This document shows, in pieces, positions 19,093 through 29,492 of a stretch of DNA of 64,000 nucleotides. Within the stretch, counting starts at the first letter, position 1. Each line of letters begins with the position of its first letter. The stretch is from Candidatus Poribacteria bacterium (lineage in GTDB: Bacteria; Poribacteria; WGA-4E; PCPOR2b): NCBI GenBank assembly GCA_965208675.1, contig OZ242351.1, positions 960,001-1,024,000 on the forward strand, read 5' to 3'. The notes beneath the pieces are model-generated. The model had not been told where the DNA came from. It did not search any database and was given only the letters and a program-made list of their open reading frames with translations. The position numbers and the translations under genes were made by a program.

Positions 19093-20493
19093 TCATCCGG
19101 ACGAAGAGGTTATTAATCCTCTCAACGAATCAAGTGTTGAATTACAGAGAAATTCAGCCTGTTCGGACGTCGGCGCTTCACTGAAAACGCGAATAACGGG
19201 TTCAGTGCCCGACTTGCGAATGTTGACCCACCTATCCTTCCAAATACGCTTCACTCCATCGGTTAAATCGAGTGAATAATCTTGATTGTCCGGCATGCCG
19301 AGTTCGTCAAGATAATTTTCTCGGGCGCGTTTTATGACCGTATCCGCAGCCCCCTGCGAAGAAACCTCCAATTTCCTTTTGCATATTGAGTAACTTGGCA
19401 TGGCTGCGGCTAATTCCGAAATCTTTAAATCACTCGAATCAGAAAGCAACTGAACGACTGCGGCAATTGATGCCATTCCGTCTGTAGTGTATTGGAGATC
19501 TGGATAGATAACACCGCCCGTCCCTTCACCGCCGATGATTGCTTTGGTTTCATGCATCTTTTCAGCTACATAACCGACACCTACCGCCGTGCGGTGAATT
19601 TGGACTCCATGCCGATCGGCAATATCATCTAACATTCGGCTCGTGGACACTGTGGCAACAATGTCTCCTTTGCGTATTTTCAACATGAATTCAGCCGCAA
19701 ATGCAAACGTATATTCGCCGCTTAAAGGGCGGCCTTCATCTGTAACAATCACAAGACGGTCCGCATCAACATCGTGCGCGAATCCAATATCGGCTTCTTC
19801 GGATTTAACCGCCTGGCACAATTGATTCAATGCGTCGGGCGTTGGTTCTGCAGCGTGAGGAAAATAACCATTGGGTACACAGTTAAGTTGGATGACTTGA
19901 CAGCCTAGTTCTTTTAACAAGCACGGGCTGATTACGCTGCCCGCTCCGTTGCAACAATCAACGACAACTTTCAACCGGCGCGAACGCGTTTGAACGCAAT
20001 TCATCCAATCGCTATTGAGGATGTTGGCGATATGGTCATTAACTGCAGTATTGAAGGCTTCTACGGTGCCTTGTTCAGCCCAATTCGCAAGCCTGAAATC
20101 CTTGGATTCATAGATGCGCATGAGTTCGGTTAATTCGGTAGGATTCAAAAGCCGACCGGATTCAGCCGCGAATTCGAGCCCATTCCAGTCGATAGGATTG
20201 TGACTCGCTGTGATGACGAGGCTGCCTTGTGCGTTTAATGACTTGGAGGTCAATAAGGCAGTTGGCGTTGGGCAAATCCCAGCGTCAACGATTTTGCAGC
20301 CGGTTGCAATTAGTCCTGCAAGCACCGAGTGGCGCACCATTCGCCCAGATGTCCGCGAGTCTCTTCCGATGACGACGGTTTCCCCGCCTAGAAAGGTTCC
20401 AAATGCTGCCGCGAACCGCGTTAGCGTATCCGGGCCCAATGTCTCGCCAATTATTCCTCTCACTCCTGAGACGCTAACGATAAAGTCGCGCAT
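19093..20493 (-). CDS. glmM: Phosphoglucosamine mutase / phosphomannomutase (alpha-D-phosphohexomutase)
   Basis: SVSGVRG, GRDSR, ITASHNP phospho-Ser, DVDADRL metal loop, GGEGTGG, RKSGTEP. Substrate specificity not resolvable by eye. Confidence 0.8.
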   Translation of the reverse strand: MRDFIVSVSGVRGIIGETLGPDTLTRFAAAFGTFLGGETVVIGRDSRTSGRMVRHSVLAGLIATGCKIVDAGICPTPTALLTSKSLNAQGSLVITASHNPIDWNGLEFAAESGRLLNPTELTELMRIYESKDFRLANWAEQGTVEAFNTAVNDHIANILNSDWMNCVQTRSRRLKVVVDCCNGAGSVISPCLLKELGCQVIQLNCVPNGYFPHAAEPTPDALNQLCQAVKSEEADIGFAHDVDADRLVIVTDEGRPLSGEYTFAFAAEFMLKIRKGDIVATVSTSRMLDDIADRHGVQIHRTAVGVGYVAEKMHETKAIIGGEGTGGVIYPDLQYTTDGMASIAAVVQLLSDSSDLKISELAAAMPSYSICKRKLEVSSQGAADTVIKRARENYLDELGMPDNQDYSLDLTDGVKRIWKDRWVNIRKSGTEPVIRVFSEAPTSEQAEFLCNSTLDSLRGLITSSSG

Positions 20494-20648
20494 ATAAATG
20501 CCTAACGGTTAAAATGTTGATGCATACCGGTTGGCTGTTACGATTAATTCCGCCGTTCCAAATGCAACAATTCTTGATTATGATTCATACGGCTTTTAGG
20601 TTTGCAAGCGTCAACGCAAAACTACAGAATTACTGTCACATAAAAACG

Positions 20649-21446
20649 TCAATTGGACATTTTCCGAGATGCTAGGATACAACACAAGCATCCAATCAGC
20701 ACCTGCCAACCGCAAACTTGATACCATGCAGGATAAACAAACAGATACGATGGAATGGGTGTCAATTCATACAATGTAGGTGTTCTAAAAATATCCATTT
20801 CAAGCAGATGGCACACCGCGATCAGCGGATTGATATGCAAGAATGGCGATATTATCGGTTGAAGATTTTCCAGATACCGCTCTAAGGGCGAAAGCAGGAA
20901 AACACCTCCGATAAGAAAAGCCCACAAAAGAAACACGGTTTCAACAGCGAGGAGTGTGTACCGCAAAAAGTTCCAAACCAGCGCGGCGATTGACGCTCCC
21001 GAAAATATGAAAACGATAAACACCAAGTGCAGCAATATTACCTTGTAACGCAGTAGTTCGCCGGCCGAGATTGTGAAAACAAGCAATGTCACGCCAAGAA
21101 AACAGAGGCTGTAAATCTGACTTTCAAAAAGCAAACGCGCCAGAATGGATCGAGAACGAATTGGACTCAATGATAGAATATTGTCCGACATCCTCAAATT
21201 ATGGTGCTGGTTAAGTGTGCGGCATGCGAGGTACGGGGAGACAATCAGAATCAGGAAGGCTTCAGCTAAAAAGATGAGATTGGAAAACTGCCCCAACTTC
21301 GCACGCATCAGCAGCTGGCAAATTACTAGAAGCATCGCGCTCTGTACAATTACGGCGATACAGATTTTCCCAACACGCCTCCATCGTTGGCTCATCGTTA
21401 GGCTGAAAACCGGGTTCTCAAATTGCCGCGCAAAGTTCATCTTCAA
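20649..21446 (-). CDS. Integral membrane protein, ABC-2 permease-like
   Basis: About 6 TM segments; 'ILSLSPIRSRSILARL' resembles the EAA-like loop of ABC-2 permeases; INPL motif. Confidence 0.55.
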   Translation of the reverse strand: MKMNFARQFENPVFSLTMSQRWRRVGKICIAVIVQSAMLLVICQLLMRAKLGQFSNLIFLAEAFLILIVSPYLACRTLNQHHNLRMSDNILSLSPIRSRSILARLLFESQIYSLCFLGVTLLVFTISAGELLRYKVILLHLVFIVFIFSGASIAALVWNFLRYTLLAVETVFLLWAFLIGGVFLLSPLERYLENLQPIISPFLHINPLIAVCHLLEMDIFRTPTLYELTPIPSYLFVYPAWYQVCGWQVLIGCLCCILASRKMSN

Positions 21447-21507
21447 TCCATTTGAAACAACTTAGATCTGACACATCTCTAGTCCGCTATCCGTTGGATT
21501 CAAAACG

Positions 21508-22188
21508 TCAATTTTGTTCGCCTCCGATGTGTTCCTGCAACGCTTCCTGAATTTGGAGGATTGTTTCAGCTATTGCATACAGGTTTGGGTTGAGTTGCAA
21601 AGCTCGTTGATAAGCATCTATTGCCTGTCTAAGGTGCCCTAACCTGAGATGGCAGTGCCCCAACCCAGCAAATGCGCCAAAGTGATAGGGATTAAGCGCA
21701 ATCGCACGCTCACAATCTTCAATTGATTTGTCCCATTGTTCTAGCATAAAGTAAGCAATCGCTCTCTGATTATGTCCTTCGGCGAAATTTGGGGCGGATT
21801 GAATTGCCGCCGTCAACTTCTCTATGGCATCGTCATATCGTTCATCCTTAATGCATCTTGCACCATCTTTAAGCAGTGCATCGACCGATTCATTACCTGA
21901 ACGAAACCAAATCGCCCATAACGCCCGCTGGGCATTCGAGCGCAGCCCAAAATCTTCATGCTGGAGCGACTCAATCAATGGTTTTACCGCACCCATGCCG
22001 CTGAAAATTCCAAGGGAATAGGCCGCTGCGCGCCGGGTTGGCGCGACGTCATGTGATAACATGTCAATTAGAGTCTCCTGCGTGTAATTCTTGTCCTTTA
22101 GGGCGAACTTCAAGTCTTCTTTTTGTATTTGCTTTGAATAACGCAATAACAATTTTGCTAAGTCGGAGTGTCCATTGCTAGCAGACAT
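21508..22188 (-). CDS. HEAT-repeat + TPR-repeat protein
   Basis: RRAAAYSLG and RSNAQRALWAIW HEAT-like repeats, then TPRs (APNFAEGHNQRA, LNPYHFGAFAGLG, ALQLNP). Confidence 0.85.
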   Translation of the reverse strand: MSASNGHSDLAKLLLRYSKQIQKEDLKFALKDKNYTQETLIDMLSHDVAPTRRAAAYSLGIFSGMGAVKPLIESLQHEDFGLRSNAQRALWAIWFRSGNESVDALLKDGARCIKDERYDDAIEKLTAAIQSAPNFAEGHNQRAIAYFMLEQWDKSIEDCERAIALNPYHFGAFAGLGHCHLRLGHLRQAIDAYQRALQLNPNLYAIAETILQIQEALQEHIGGEQN

Positions 22189-22438
22189 TAATGATTCCTT
22201 AAGAAGTTGGATAGCGAAATTTCAGGTTGAAATTCCCCACATGCGCGGCGTAGGCCGGCGCCGCGGAGGAAAGTCAATGCCAACGCGCAGAAAACTCCCA
22301 GATTATGGACGATCAAAACGTTATTTATCTTATCACACTGCCGAAACGATAGCAAGGTTAAAGTATGGAGTGGTGCGTATGGTCCTTGCTGGTCCAACGA
22401 ACTATTTCCGTTACGGTGAACTGAAGCGGCGGTTGTGC

Positions 22439-22468
22439 TTGCGAAGACTCAATGAATTTAGATATAAT
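22439..22468 (+). promoter_or_regulatory. sigma70-type promoter upstream of the GNAT gene
   Basis: TTGCGA-18 nt-TATAAT. Confidence 0.4.
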
Positions 22469-22549
22469 CTGTTGAAGGAGAACCGTTTATCACTCTAACT
22501 TTCATGTCTAACCCATTGCCCAATTCCGTCGAAATTAGCGCATAAAACC

Positions 22550-23584
22550 ATGTACACGCTCGAACCGCTGAAAAAAGAAGACTCAGATGTATGGGATACT
22601 ATGTTGCGTCATTGCCCGAACAGCACTGCTTTTCACTCAGCTACTTGGCGGGACGGGTTAGCGGGTTCTTTCAAACAGTTGACTCCTGCATACTTACTGA
22701 TTCAGGAAAATGGCACCACAGTTGGCGGATTGCCGGCCTTCGTGTTCAAACCTATTCCAAGTATCAAGTTGTTACATTCAATGCCGTGGAATCAATGCGG
22801 CGGGATTCAACTAATCGAGGGAACGTCTGGAAATATCAACCTCCTGTTGCAATCCGTTGAGAGTCATTTGAATCGGATTGTTAGCGTACAAAGCCCTTGT
22901 GAAACGGTTTTCACGCTTTCGCCATGGCAGACAGAAGACTACGGGCGGCGCTTGAACGAATTAGGATACTGTAAGTACAAAGAAAGCTTTACACACTTAC
23001 TCAAAATCCATGCCGATTACGATGTCATTTGGGCGGGTTACAAGAAGTCAATCAGAAAAGCGGTCAGAAAGGCACAGAAATCAGGGGTATCGGTCTACGA
23101 ATCGGACAGAGAGATTGACCTTGAAGCATTCTACGAAATCTACTTGGCAACGCAAAAAAGGGTAATGAGTGTCCCGAAACCACTGTCTCTGATGAGATTT
23201 CTCTTCCAAAGCGGTCTTGCAAAATTAGTCGTTGCGAAACACGGCGGCTTAATTATAGCGGGGGTATTATATCTATACTTTAACCGAACCGTAACGCCCT
23301 GGTGCGGCGGTTCTGTCCCCGAATTCCTTGAGTACCGCCCGAACAACGCAATTCTTCACCACATCATCAAATGGGCATGTTCGGAAGGATATTCGTGGGT
23401 GGATCTTGGGGCGTCCCCCCCGGAAAACCCTGGACTCATTAATTATAAAGAACAATATCGAGCAAAGCGATTTGATTACTCCAGTTATTTGAAAGTCCAC
23501 TCACCCGTAAAACGTGCGGTATGGTTAAAGTCCGAGCCGGCACTCCGAAAATTTTACGCTTGGGTGCAGCACGGGCGAAGTTAA
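22550..23584 (+). CDS. FemAB-related GNAT acetyltransferase
   Basis: STAFHSATW, IRKAVRKAQKSGV, YRPNNAILHHIIKWA, DLGAS, GLINYKEQY. Confidence 0.82.
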   Translation: MYTLEPLKKEDSDVWDTMLRHCPNSTAFHSATWRDGLAGSFKQLTPAYLLIQENGTTVGGLPAFVFKPIPSIKLLHSMPWNQCGGIQLIEGTSGNINLLLQSVESHLNRIVSVQSPCETVFTLSPWQTEDYGRRLNELGYCKYKESFTHLLKIHADYDVIWAGYKKSIRKAVRKAQKSGVSVYESDREIDLEAFYEIYLATQKRVMSVPKPLSLMRFLFQSGLAKLVVAKHGGLIIAGVLYLYFNRTVTPWCGGSVPEFLEYRPNNAILHHIIKWACSEGYSWVDLGASPPENPGLINYKEQYRAKRFDYSSYLKVHSPVKRAVWLKSEPALRKFYAWVQHGRS

Positions 23585-23764
23585 CTGTCGGCCGGTCGAT
23601 TCTGCCCGTAGTATACGGCTGAGTAATTTAGAATTTGCTTTAAATAATTTTTTGTGCGTGCTAAAATAGGTATCGTACTACATAGGCTTTCGTATAGGCT
23701 TCTCAAGCTGTGTTCCTAAAACCGAGCGAAATCCCGCAGTAATCTGAGCGAGGAGGTGTACCAA

Positions 23765-24574
23765 ATGGGAGCCGCGCTGATGAGACTAGCCTTCGTATGC
23801 ATTTGTTCTAGTGTTCTTGTGCATATGGCGGCGATTCCAAGTTTTTCCAAAATTTACCCAAAAACCATCGTTGGACTATGGCTATTTGATGAGGGCCGCG
23901 GCAACATAGCCAAAGACGATTCCGGCAACGGTCATCATGGAGAGTTCATCGGACTAAAGCCGAAATGGGTTGAAGGCAAATTCGGCCAGGCGTTCGAATT
24001 TGACGGACAGGATGATTCCATTTTGTTTAATGCAGCCGAGCGGCCGGAACACGCTTTCATATTTCATCAGCCGACCGACGCGACGTTTGTGTTTTGGATA
24101 AAGAGACTCACGTTACCCCATGTTGCGATATTTTGGACGAGAGGAGATGTCACCGATAAGGGGCGGTTCAATGTCTACGCGGGGGCAGGAGAAAATTTTG
24201 GTTTTACTTATAAGTCGGACGATGGCACTCCACATGGGATTTTTTCTCGAACGGTCGATCTCCCTTTTAAGGAATGGACTCACTTAGCAATAACACGAAA
24301 AGGCAAATCCTATATCGCTTACAAAGACGGCGTTGCAGCAGACCGAGCAGTCGATCCAGAACCCGACCTGCCTAAGGCTAGGCGTTGGATTGCATCGGGC
24401 AGAGACGGTTTTCGATTCAACGGCATCCTCGACGAAATTGGCGCGTTTAAGGCTGTATTGAGTGCGGAGGATATTAACAATATTATGAACAATGGACTCG
24501 AGAAATCCGCACTGGTTGTGCCATCCACTAAGAAACTGGCGACGATCTGGGGCCAGATAAAACACCGGAAATAA
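23765..24574 (+). CDS. Secreted LamG/concanavalin A-like domain protein 1
   Basis: Signal peptide, GLWLFDEGRG...DDSGNG, WVEGKFG, EWTHLA, FNGILDE; C-terminal KLATIWGQIK; AGGAGG RBS. Confidence 0.88.
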   Translation: MGAALMRLAFVCICSSVLVHMAAIPSFSKIYPKTIVGLWLFDEGRGNIAKDDSGNGHHGEFIGLKPKWVEGKFGQAFEFDGQDDSILFNAAERPEHAFIFHQPTDATFVFWIKRLTLPHVAIFWTRGDVTDKGRFNVYAGAGENFGFTYKSDDGTPHGIFSRTVDLPFKEWTHLAITRKGKSYIAYKDGVAADRAVDPEPDLPKARRWIASGRDGFRFNGILDEIGAFKAVLSAEDINNIMNNGLEKSALVVPSTKKLATIWGQIKHRK

Positions 24575-24919
24575 TCTTGGCTTAACGCTAACATAAAACT
24601 GCGTATTTGAATCCTGCTAAAGATTTGAAAGCCAAGATTGTGTTATCAGAACTTCAACGAGGAATTCACAAAACGTCTAGGCAACTCCATTCGATGCCAA
24701 GCGCGTAAGAATTTGGGCGACAGGTTGAGTTGTTCAAGAGGTTGACACGGAAGCTGTCCAGAGATGTTTAGGCTATTCGTTTTAAGAAAAATTAGCTAGG
24801 AAGTGGATTCCTCTGAGATCTAATAGGCGGTGGTCAGCGGGGCTCTCTGTTAGAAACAGTGAAAGAATGTTCAAACGGCAGCAATATTATGAACTCATAA
24901 AAATTAAAGGAGGGCATTG

Positions 24920-25705
24920 ATGTACAAATCATTATGTGCGACGTTGATAATTGCGCTGACGGTTGTTTTTTCCTGTTTAGCATGGGCAGTTGTCAACCCG
25001 GACGCGATTGTGCTTTCGTTGTCGTTTGACGAAGGAGCCGGAGAAAAGGCGGAGGACGTTTCCCCGCTCGGGAACAACGTCTTTTTCATTGATGAACCAA
25101 AATGGGATGAGGGAAAATTCGGAGAGTGCGTACGGTTGAAAAATAACGCACATCTAGAAACCGAGATGCCAAACCTTGAGCTACACAACACTGATTTGTC
25201 GATGGCAATTTGGGCAAAATTCACCGCTGAACCCGGTTGGGTTGCACTCATGAGTCACGATGAAGGCGCGCAAATTGGCGCAAAAAAATGGGCATGGTGG
25301 TTTTCAGCCGGCGCATTCGTTTTTTATATTGATCACGCAGATGCGAAAGAAACGCGCGAGTGGATTCGTTCCGATTTCTTTGGGACACCAGAAATTGATA
25401 GGTGGTACCACCTCGCGATCGTCAAGCAGAATGACCTACATACCCATTATCTTGACGGTGAACCGTTTGGCGAAGAAGAAAAAAAAGCTCCTGTGCCCGA
25501 AGCAATTATAGGTCCGCTATCCATCGGTGCGACAGGCATTAGGTATTTTTTCCAAGGGTTTCTAGACGAAGCCATAATTGTACGCCAAGCGCTAAGCCAG
25601 AATGACATCCGGAATCACCGCGACGGCGGCAATGTTGGGATTTTAGCGGTCGAGCCCGGCGGCAAGCTCGCAACCAGATGGGGCAGCCTGAAGATGAAAC
25701 GCTAA
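24920..25705 (+). CDS. Secreted LamG domain protein 2
   Basis: Signal peptide, LSFDEGAG, WDEGKFG, RWYHLA, FQGFLDE; C-terminal AVEPGGKLATRWGSLK. Confidence 0.88.
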   Translation: MYKSLCATLIIALTVVFSCLAWAVVNPDAIVLSLSFDEGAGEKAEDVSPLGNNVFFIDEPKWDEGKFGECVRLKNNAHLETEMPNLELHNTDLSMAIWAKFTAEPGWVALMSHDEGAQIGAKKWAWWFSAGAFVFYIDHADAKETREWIRSDFFGTPEIDRWYHLAIVKQNDLHTHYLDGEPFGEEEKKAPVPEAIIGPLSIGATGIRYFFQGFLDEAIIVRQALSQNDIRNHRDGGNVGILAVEPGGKLATRWGSLKMKR

Positions 25706-25810
25706 TCGTCCAGTTATCAATGAAACAATCCCTCATTCATACATCAGATTTCCGGCAAGATGGACGATCCATTTCATATTGAATGCTATTCGGCAGTTAA
25801 GGGGGTAACA

Positions 25811-26608
25811 ATGCGTTTTTCGATATCAATGTTCTTAATGATGGCTTCTGCGTGGATCTTTCCATTCGCATCAGAGGCGGCAATAGACCCGGAAGCTATA
25901 GTGCTTGCATTGCCGTTTGACGAAGGGGCAGGTGATGAAGCTAAGGACGCCTCCCCAAGCGGAAACAACCTCTTCCTCGTAGAAGAAGCAAAATGGGACG
26001 AAGGAAAAATTGGCAAATGCGTGCGCTTGAAAAAGACCGCTCATCTAGAGACCGAAATGCCAAACCTTGAGCTGCACAATACCGATTTGACGCTGGCGAT
26101 GTGGGTTAGCTTCTCCGCAGAACCCGGCTGGGTTGCCCTAATGAGTCACGATGTAGGCGCTGGATTAGGCCACGAGAAATGGGCTTGGTGGCTCCAGTCC
26201 GGTACGTTCGTTTTCCACATTGATGATGGGATTGAGAAGCGCGAATGGGTGCGTTCCGACTTCTTTGGGGCACCGGAACTCAACAGGTGGTACCACCTTG
26301 CTTTTGTCAAAAATAAGGACCTACACACACATTATGTTGACGGTGAACCGTTTGGAGGGGATGAAAAGAATGCACCTGTTCCCGAAGTGATTGAAGGGCC
26401 ATTCTCGGTCGGTGCAACGGGTATGAGGTACTATTTCCAAGGATTGATGGATGAAGCGTTGATTGTCAAACAGGCATTGACCCAGAACGACATCCAGAGG
26501 CATCTTGCCGGCGGCGTTGCCCGTATTCTAGCAGTGGAGCCGGGCGGAAAACTCGCAACTCAATGGGGCCGCCTGAAGATGGGACGTGACTTTCCTTTCA
26601 GCCAATGA
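25811..26608 (+). CDS. Secreted LamG domain protein 3
   Basis: Close paralog of protein 2; AVEPGGKLATQWGRLK tail. Confidence 0.88.
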   Translation: MRFSISMFLMMASAWIFPFASEAAIDPEAIVLALPFDEGAGDEAKDASPSGNNLFLVEEAKWDEGKIGKCVRLKKTAHLETEMPNLELHNTDLTLAMWVSFSAEPGWVALMSHDVGAGLGHEKWAWWLQSGTFVFHIDDGIEKREWVRSDFFGAPELNRWYHLAFVKNKDLHTHYVDGEPFGGDEKNAPVPEVIEGPFSVGATGMRYYFQGLMDEALIVKQALTQNDIQRHLAGGVARILAVEPGGKLATQWGRLKMGRDFPFSQ

Positions 26609-26691
26609 TGCATTAACCCAAGAAATCTAATCTGCCTCGATTGACTCGGCCGATAGATTTCCAACACATCCACGACAGTGGAGCGGCAATA

Positions 26692-27492
26692 ATGCGCGCA
26701 TCAAGATTTATATGCATGGCAATTGTGTTGCTGTGGGCGGCATCCATACATGTTAATGCGGGAATCAATGCGGACGAGATTGTGCTCGCACTGTCGTTTG
26801 ATGAAGGAGAGGGTGAAGCAGCCGCAGACTTATCTTCAAATGGAAACGCCGCGGCGCTGGTGCAAGGCGCTAAATGGGGCGCAGGGAAGCTCGGTACATG
26901 CTTGCGCTTGAAAAATACCGCTCACGCATCGGTTGCGAACCACCCGAGCCTCGATTTACACGAGACAGATTTCTCACTGGCAATTTGGATGAATTTTTCT
27001 TCCGATCCCGGCTGGTACAACCTTATGGCACACAGTGAGGGGCCCGGCGGCGGTGACAAGAAATGGTTCTGGATGTTCTCTGGCGGAAAGTTCAAATTTC
27101 ACATTTTTAACCTTGGAGGTGAGCTTGCGTGGATTGATTCGGAATTCTTTGGCTTTCCTGAACTTGACCGCTGGTATCACCTCGCCTTGGTAAAACGGCA
27201 GGAGCAGTACACGTTTTTTCTGGATGGTGAGCCGTTTGGGGAATCAGTAAAAGACCTGCCCGTTCCCAAAGAGATAAACAACGTCCTCACTATTGGATGG
27301 TCACAAGAGGATCGCTACTTTCAGGGACTCCTTGATGAGGTGCTCATTGTGAAACAGGCGTTAACCCAAAACGATGTCCAAAAGCATCTACTTGGCGGCG
27401 TCCGGGGGATATTGGCTGTTTACGCTGGCGAGAAGTTTACGACTAGATGGGGTAGGTTGAAGACAGGAAACGGCTTATCCAATGACCGGTAA
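26692..27492 (+). CDS. Secreted LamG domain protein 4
   Basis: Same motifs; tail AVYAGEKFTTRWGRLK. Confidence 0.88.
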   Translation: MRASRFICMAIVLLWAASIHVNAGINADEIVLALSFDEGEGEAAADLSSNGNAAALVQGAKWGAGKLGTCLRLKNTAHASVANHPSLDLHETDFSLAIWMNFSSDPGWYNLMAHSEGPGGGDKKWFWMFSGGKFKFHIFNLGGELAWIDSEFFGFPELDRWYHLALVKRQEQYTFFLDGEPFGESVKDLPVPKEINNVLTIGWSQEDRYFQGLLDEVLIVKQALTQNDVQKHLLGGVRGILAVYAGEKFTTRWGRLKTGNGLSNDR

Positions 27493-27567
27493 TCCAACCT
27501 CTTAAACAACTCTATCCAAGTTCAACATGGGGAATAACCCTGTACCATAGGGAACGGCAATGCGTGT

Positions 27568-28344
27568 ATGAGATTAACTTTATTTGTGATTGCTGTGTTG
27601 TGGGGGTTCTCCTTCGCCGCGGCGGATGCAATTGACCAAGACGCAATTGTATTAGCATTGCCGTTTGACGAAGGAAAAGGCAGAGAAGCCAACGACATCT
27701 CCACGCACGAGAATCACGGCTTGCTAACAGACACCGCCAAGTGGGCACAGGGCAAAATTGGAATGTGCGTGCACTTGCAGAACGCTTACGTGGAGGTTGC
27801 AAATCACCCAAGCCTCAGCCTGCATAATACCGACTTTACGATGGCGTTATGGATAAAATTTGCCGAGGAGGCAGGCTGGTACGACCTAATGGCTCACAGC
27901 GAAGGCGGCGGAGGCGACGACAAACAGTGGATTTGGCTGCTTTCTGGCGGAAAATTCAAATTCCACCTTCATAACAGAGGCGTTGATATTACGTGGATTG
28001 ACTCCGATTTCTTCGGATTTCCTAAGCTTGACCGCTGGTACCACGTCGCTCTTGTCAAGCAGGGAAACCAATACACGCATTATCTAGACGGCGATTTGTT
28101 CGGTGAAATGATGAATGATACCCCCATCTCAAATGAAATTAATAACCCGCTTACCATTGGCACGGGGCCAGGCGAATTCTTCATTCAGGGATTCGTAGAT
28201 GAGGCATTCATCACACGGCAGCCGTTGACACAGAACGACATTCGCAACCATTTTACCGGCGGCATTCAGGGTGTTTTTTCGGTTGAACCGAGCGGCAAAC
28301 TCGCAACCAGATGGGTAAGTTTGAAAACCGGATATGATCGATGA
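27568..28344 (+). CDS. Secreted LamG domain protein 5
   Basis: Same motifs; tail SVEPSGKLATRWVSLK. Confidence 0.88.
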   Translation: MRLTLFVIAVLWGFSFAAADAIDQDAIVLALPFDEGKGREANDISTHENHGLLTDTAKWAQGKIGMCVHLQNAYVEVANHPSLSLHNTDFTMALWIKFAEEAGWYDLMAHSEGGGGDDKQWIWLLSGGKFKFHLHNRGVDITWIDSDFFGFPKLDRWYHVALVKQGNQYTHYLDGDLFGEMMNDTPISNEINNPLTIGTGPGEFFIQGFVDEAFITRQPLTQNDIRNHFTGGIQGVFSVEPSGKLATRWVSLKTGYDR

Positions 28345-28430
28345 ACCGATGTTTCAATATTCGATTTACCTCCGGCACTACTGAGAGGAAATGTCAATTC
28401 ATAAACGATCAGCGCCTAATGAGGACAAGG

Positions 28431-29261
28431 ATGCGCAATTGGATTTGTACATTGTTTTCGATTACGTTGTTGTGGACGATTCCGATTGGCGTCGAGGCGG
28501 GAATTGACCGGGATGCGATAATACTGGCGTTGCCGTTTGAAGAGGGAAGAGGCAGGGACGCCAAGGACATCTCCCCGCTGGGCAACCACGGCGTTCTGTC
28601 GGAAACCGCCAAGTGGGCGCAGGGTAAATTCGGAATGTGCGTGCGCCTAAAGAACGCTTACGTAGAAGTGGAAAATCACCCAAGCCTCAGTCTTCACAAC
28701 ACTGACTTTTCGTTTGCGGTATGGATTAACTTTTCCGAAGAGAAGAATTGGTATGACCTAATGGCTCACAACGAAGCACCAGCCATAGACGTCAAGAAAT
28801 GGATTTGGATGTTTGCCGCCGCCAGATTTAAATTCCACATTAATGATAGAGCGATTGAGATTGCGTGGGTCGAATCAGAATTCTTTGGATTTCCCGACCT
28901 CGACCGGTGGTACCAACTTGCTCTAGTCAAACAGGGTAACCGATACACGCACTATTTAGATGGAGAAATCTTCGGCGAAGTGACAGACGACACGCCCATC
29001 CCCGATGAAATCAACCACCCGCTCACAATTGGATCGGGGCCAGGCGACCGGTTTACTCAGGGATTCATGGATGAACTTTTTATCACGCGGCAGCCATTGA
29101 CACAGAACGAAATCCAAAACCATTTTGCTGGGGGCATTCAGGGCGTTTTGTCAGTTGAGTTAGGGAGCAAAATCGCAACTCGTTGGGGATTAATCAAAGA
29201 TGCCGCAAATACATTCATTTCTTCGAACCTACCATTAGCAGTAGGTGCAACACGGAATTAA
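28431..29261 (+). CDS. Secreted LamG domain protein 6
   Basis: Close paralog of protein 5; tail SVELGSKIATRWGLIK; start taken at MRNWIC. Confidence 0.86.
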   Translation: MRNWICTLFSITLLWTIPIGVEAGIDRDAIILALPFEEGRGRDAKDISPLGNHGVLSETAKWAQGKFGMCVRLKNAYVEVENHPSLSLHNTDFSFAVWINFSEEKNWYDLMAHNEAPAIDVKKWIWMFAAARFKFHINDRAIEIAWVESEFFGFPDLDRWYQLALVKQGNRYTHYLDGEIFGEVTDDTPIPDEINHPLTIGSGPGDRFTQGFMDELFITRQPLTQNEIQNHFAGGIQGVLSVELGSKIATRWGLIKDAANTFISSNLPLAVGATRN

Positions 29262-29492
29262 TCAACATGAGAGTAATTTCGTAGTTGAAATTGCCGGGTA
29301 AGCCAATTAATCTTGAGTTCTATAATTTTGCTCAACGGTCACAATCGAGGAGTATTCAGGATGTATTCATAAAACTGCCACATAGTATATTGGTGGCGAA
29401 AGGCAGTTCACAAACGCATTGCTATCGTACATTTATTGGGTCAACTTGAGACAAGTGTTTAAGCCCCAGTCTCAATTATGGGAGAAATTCAG

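Noticed and set aside
23765-29261. Diversity-generating retroelement acting on LamG genes
   Set aside because: No reverse transcriptase, no template/variable repeat pair, and differences are not adenine-specific.
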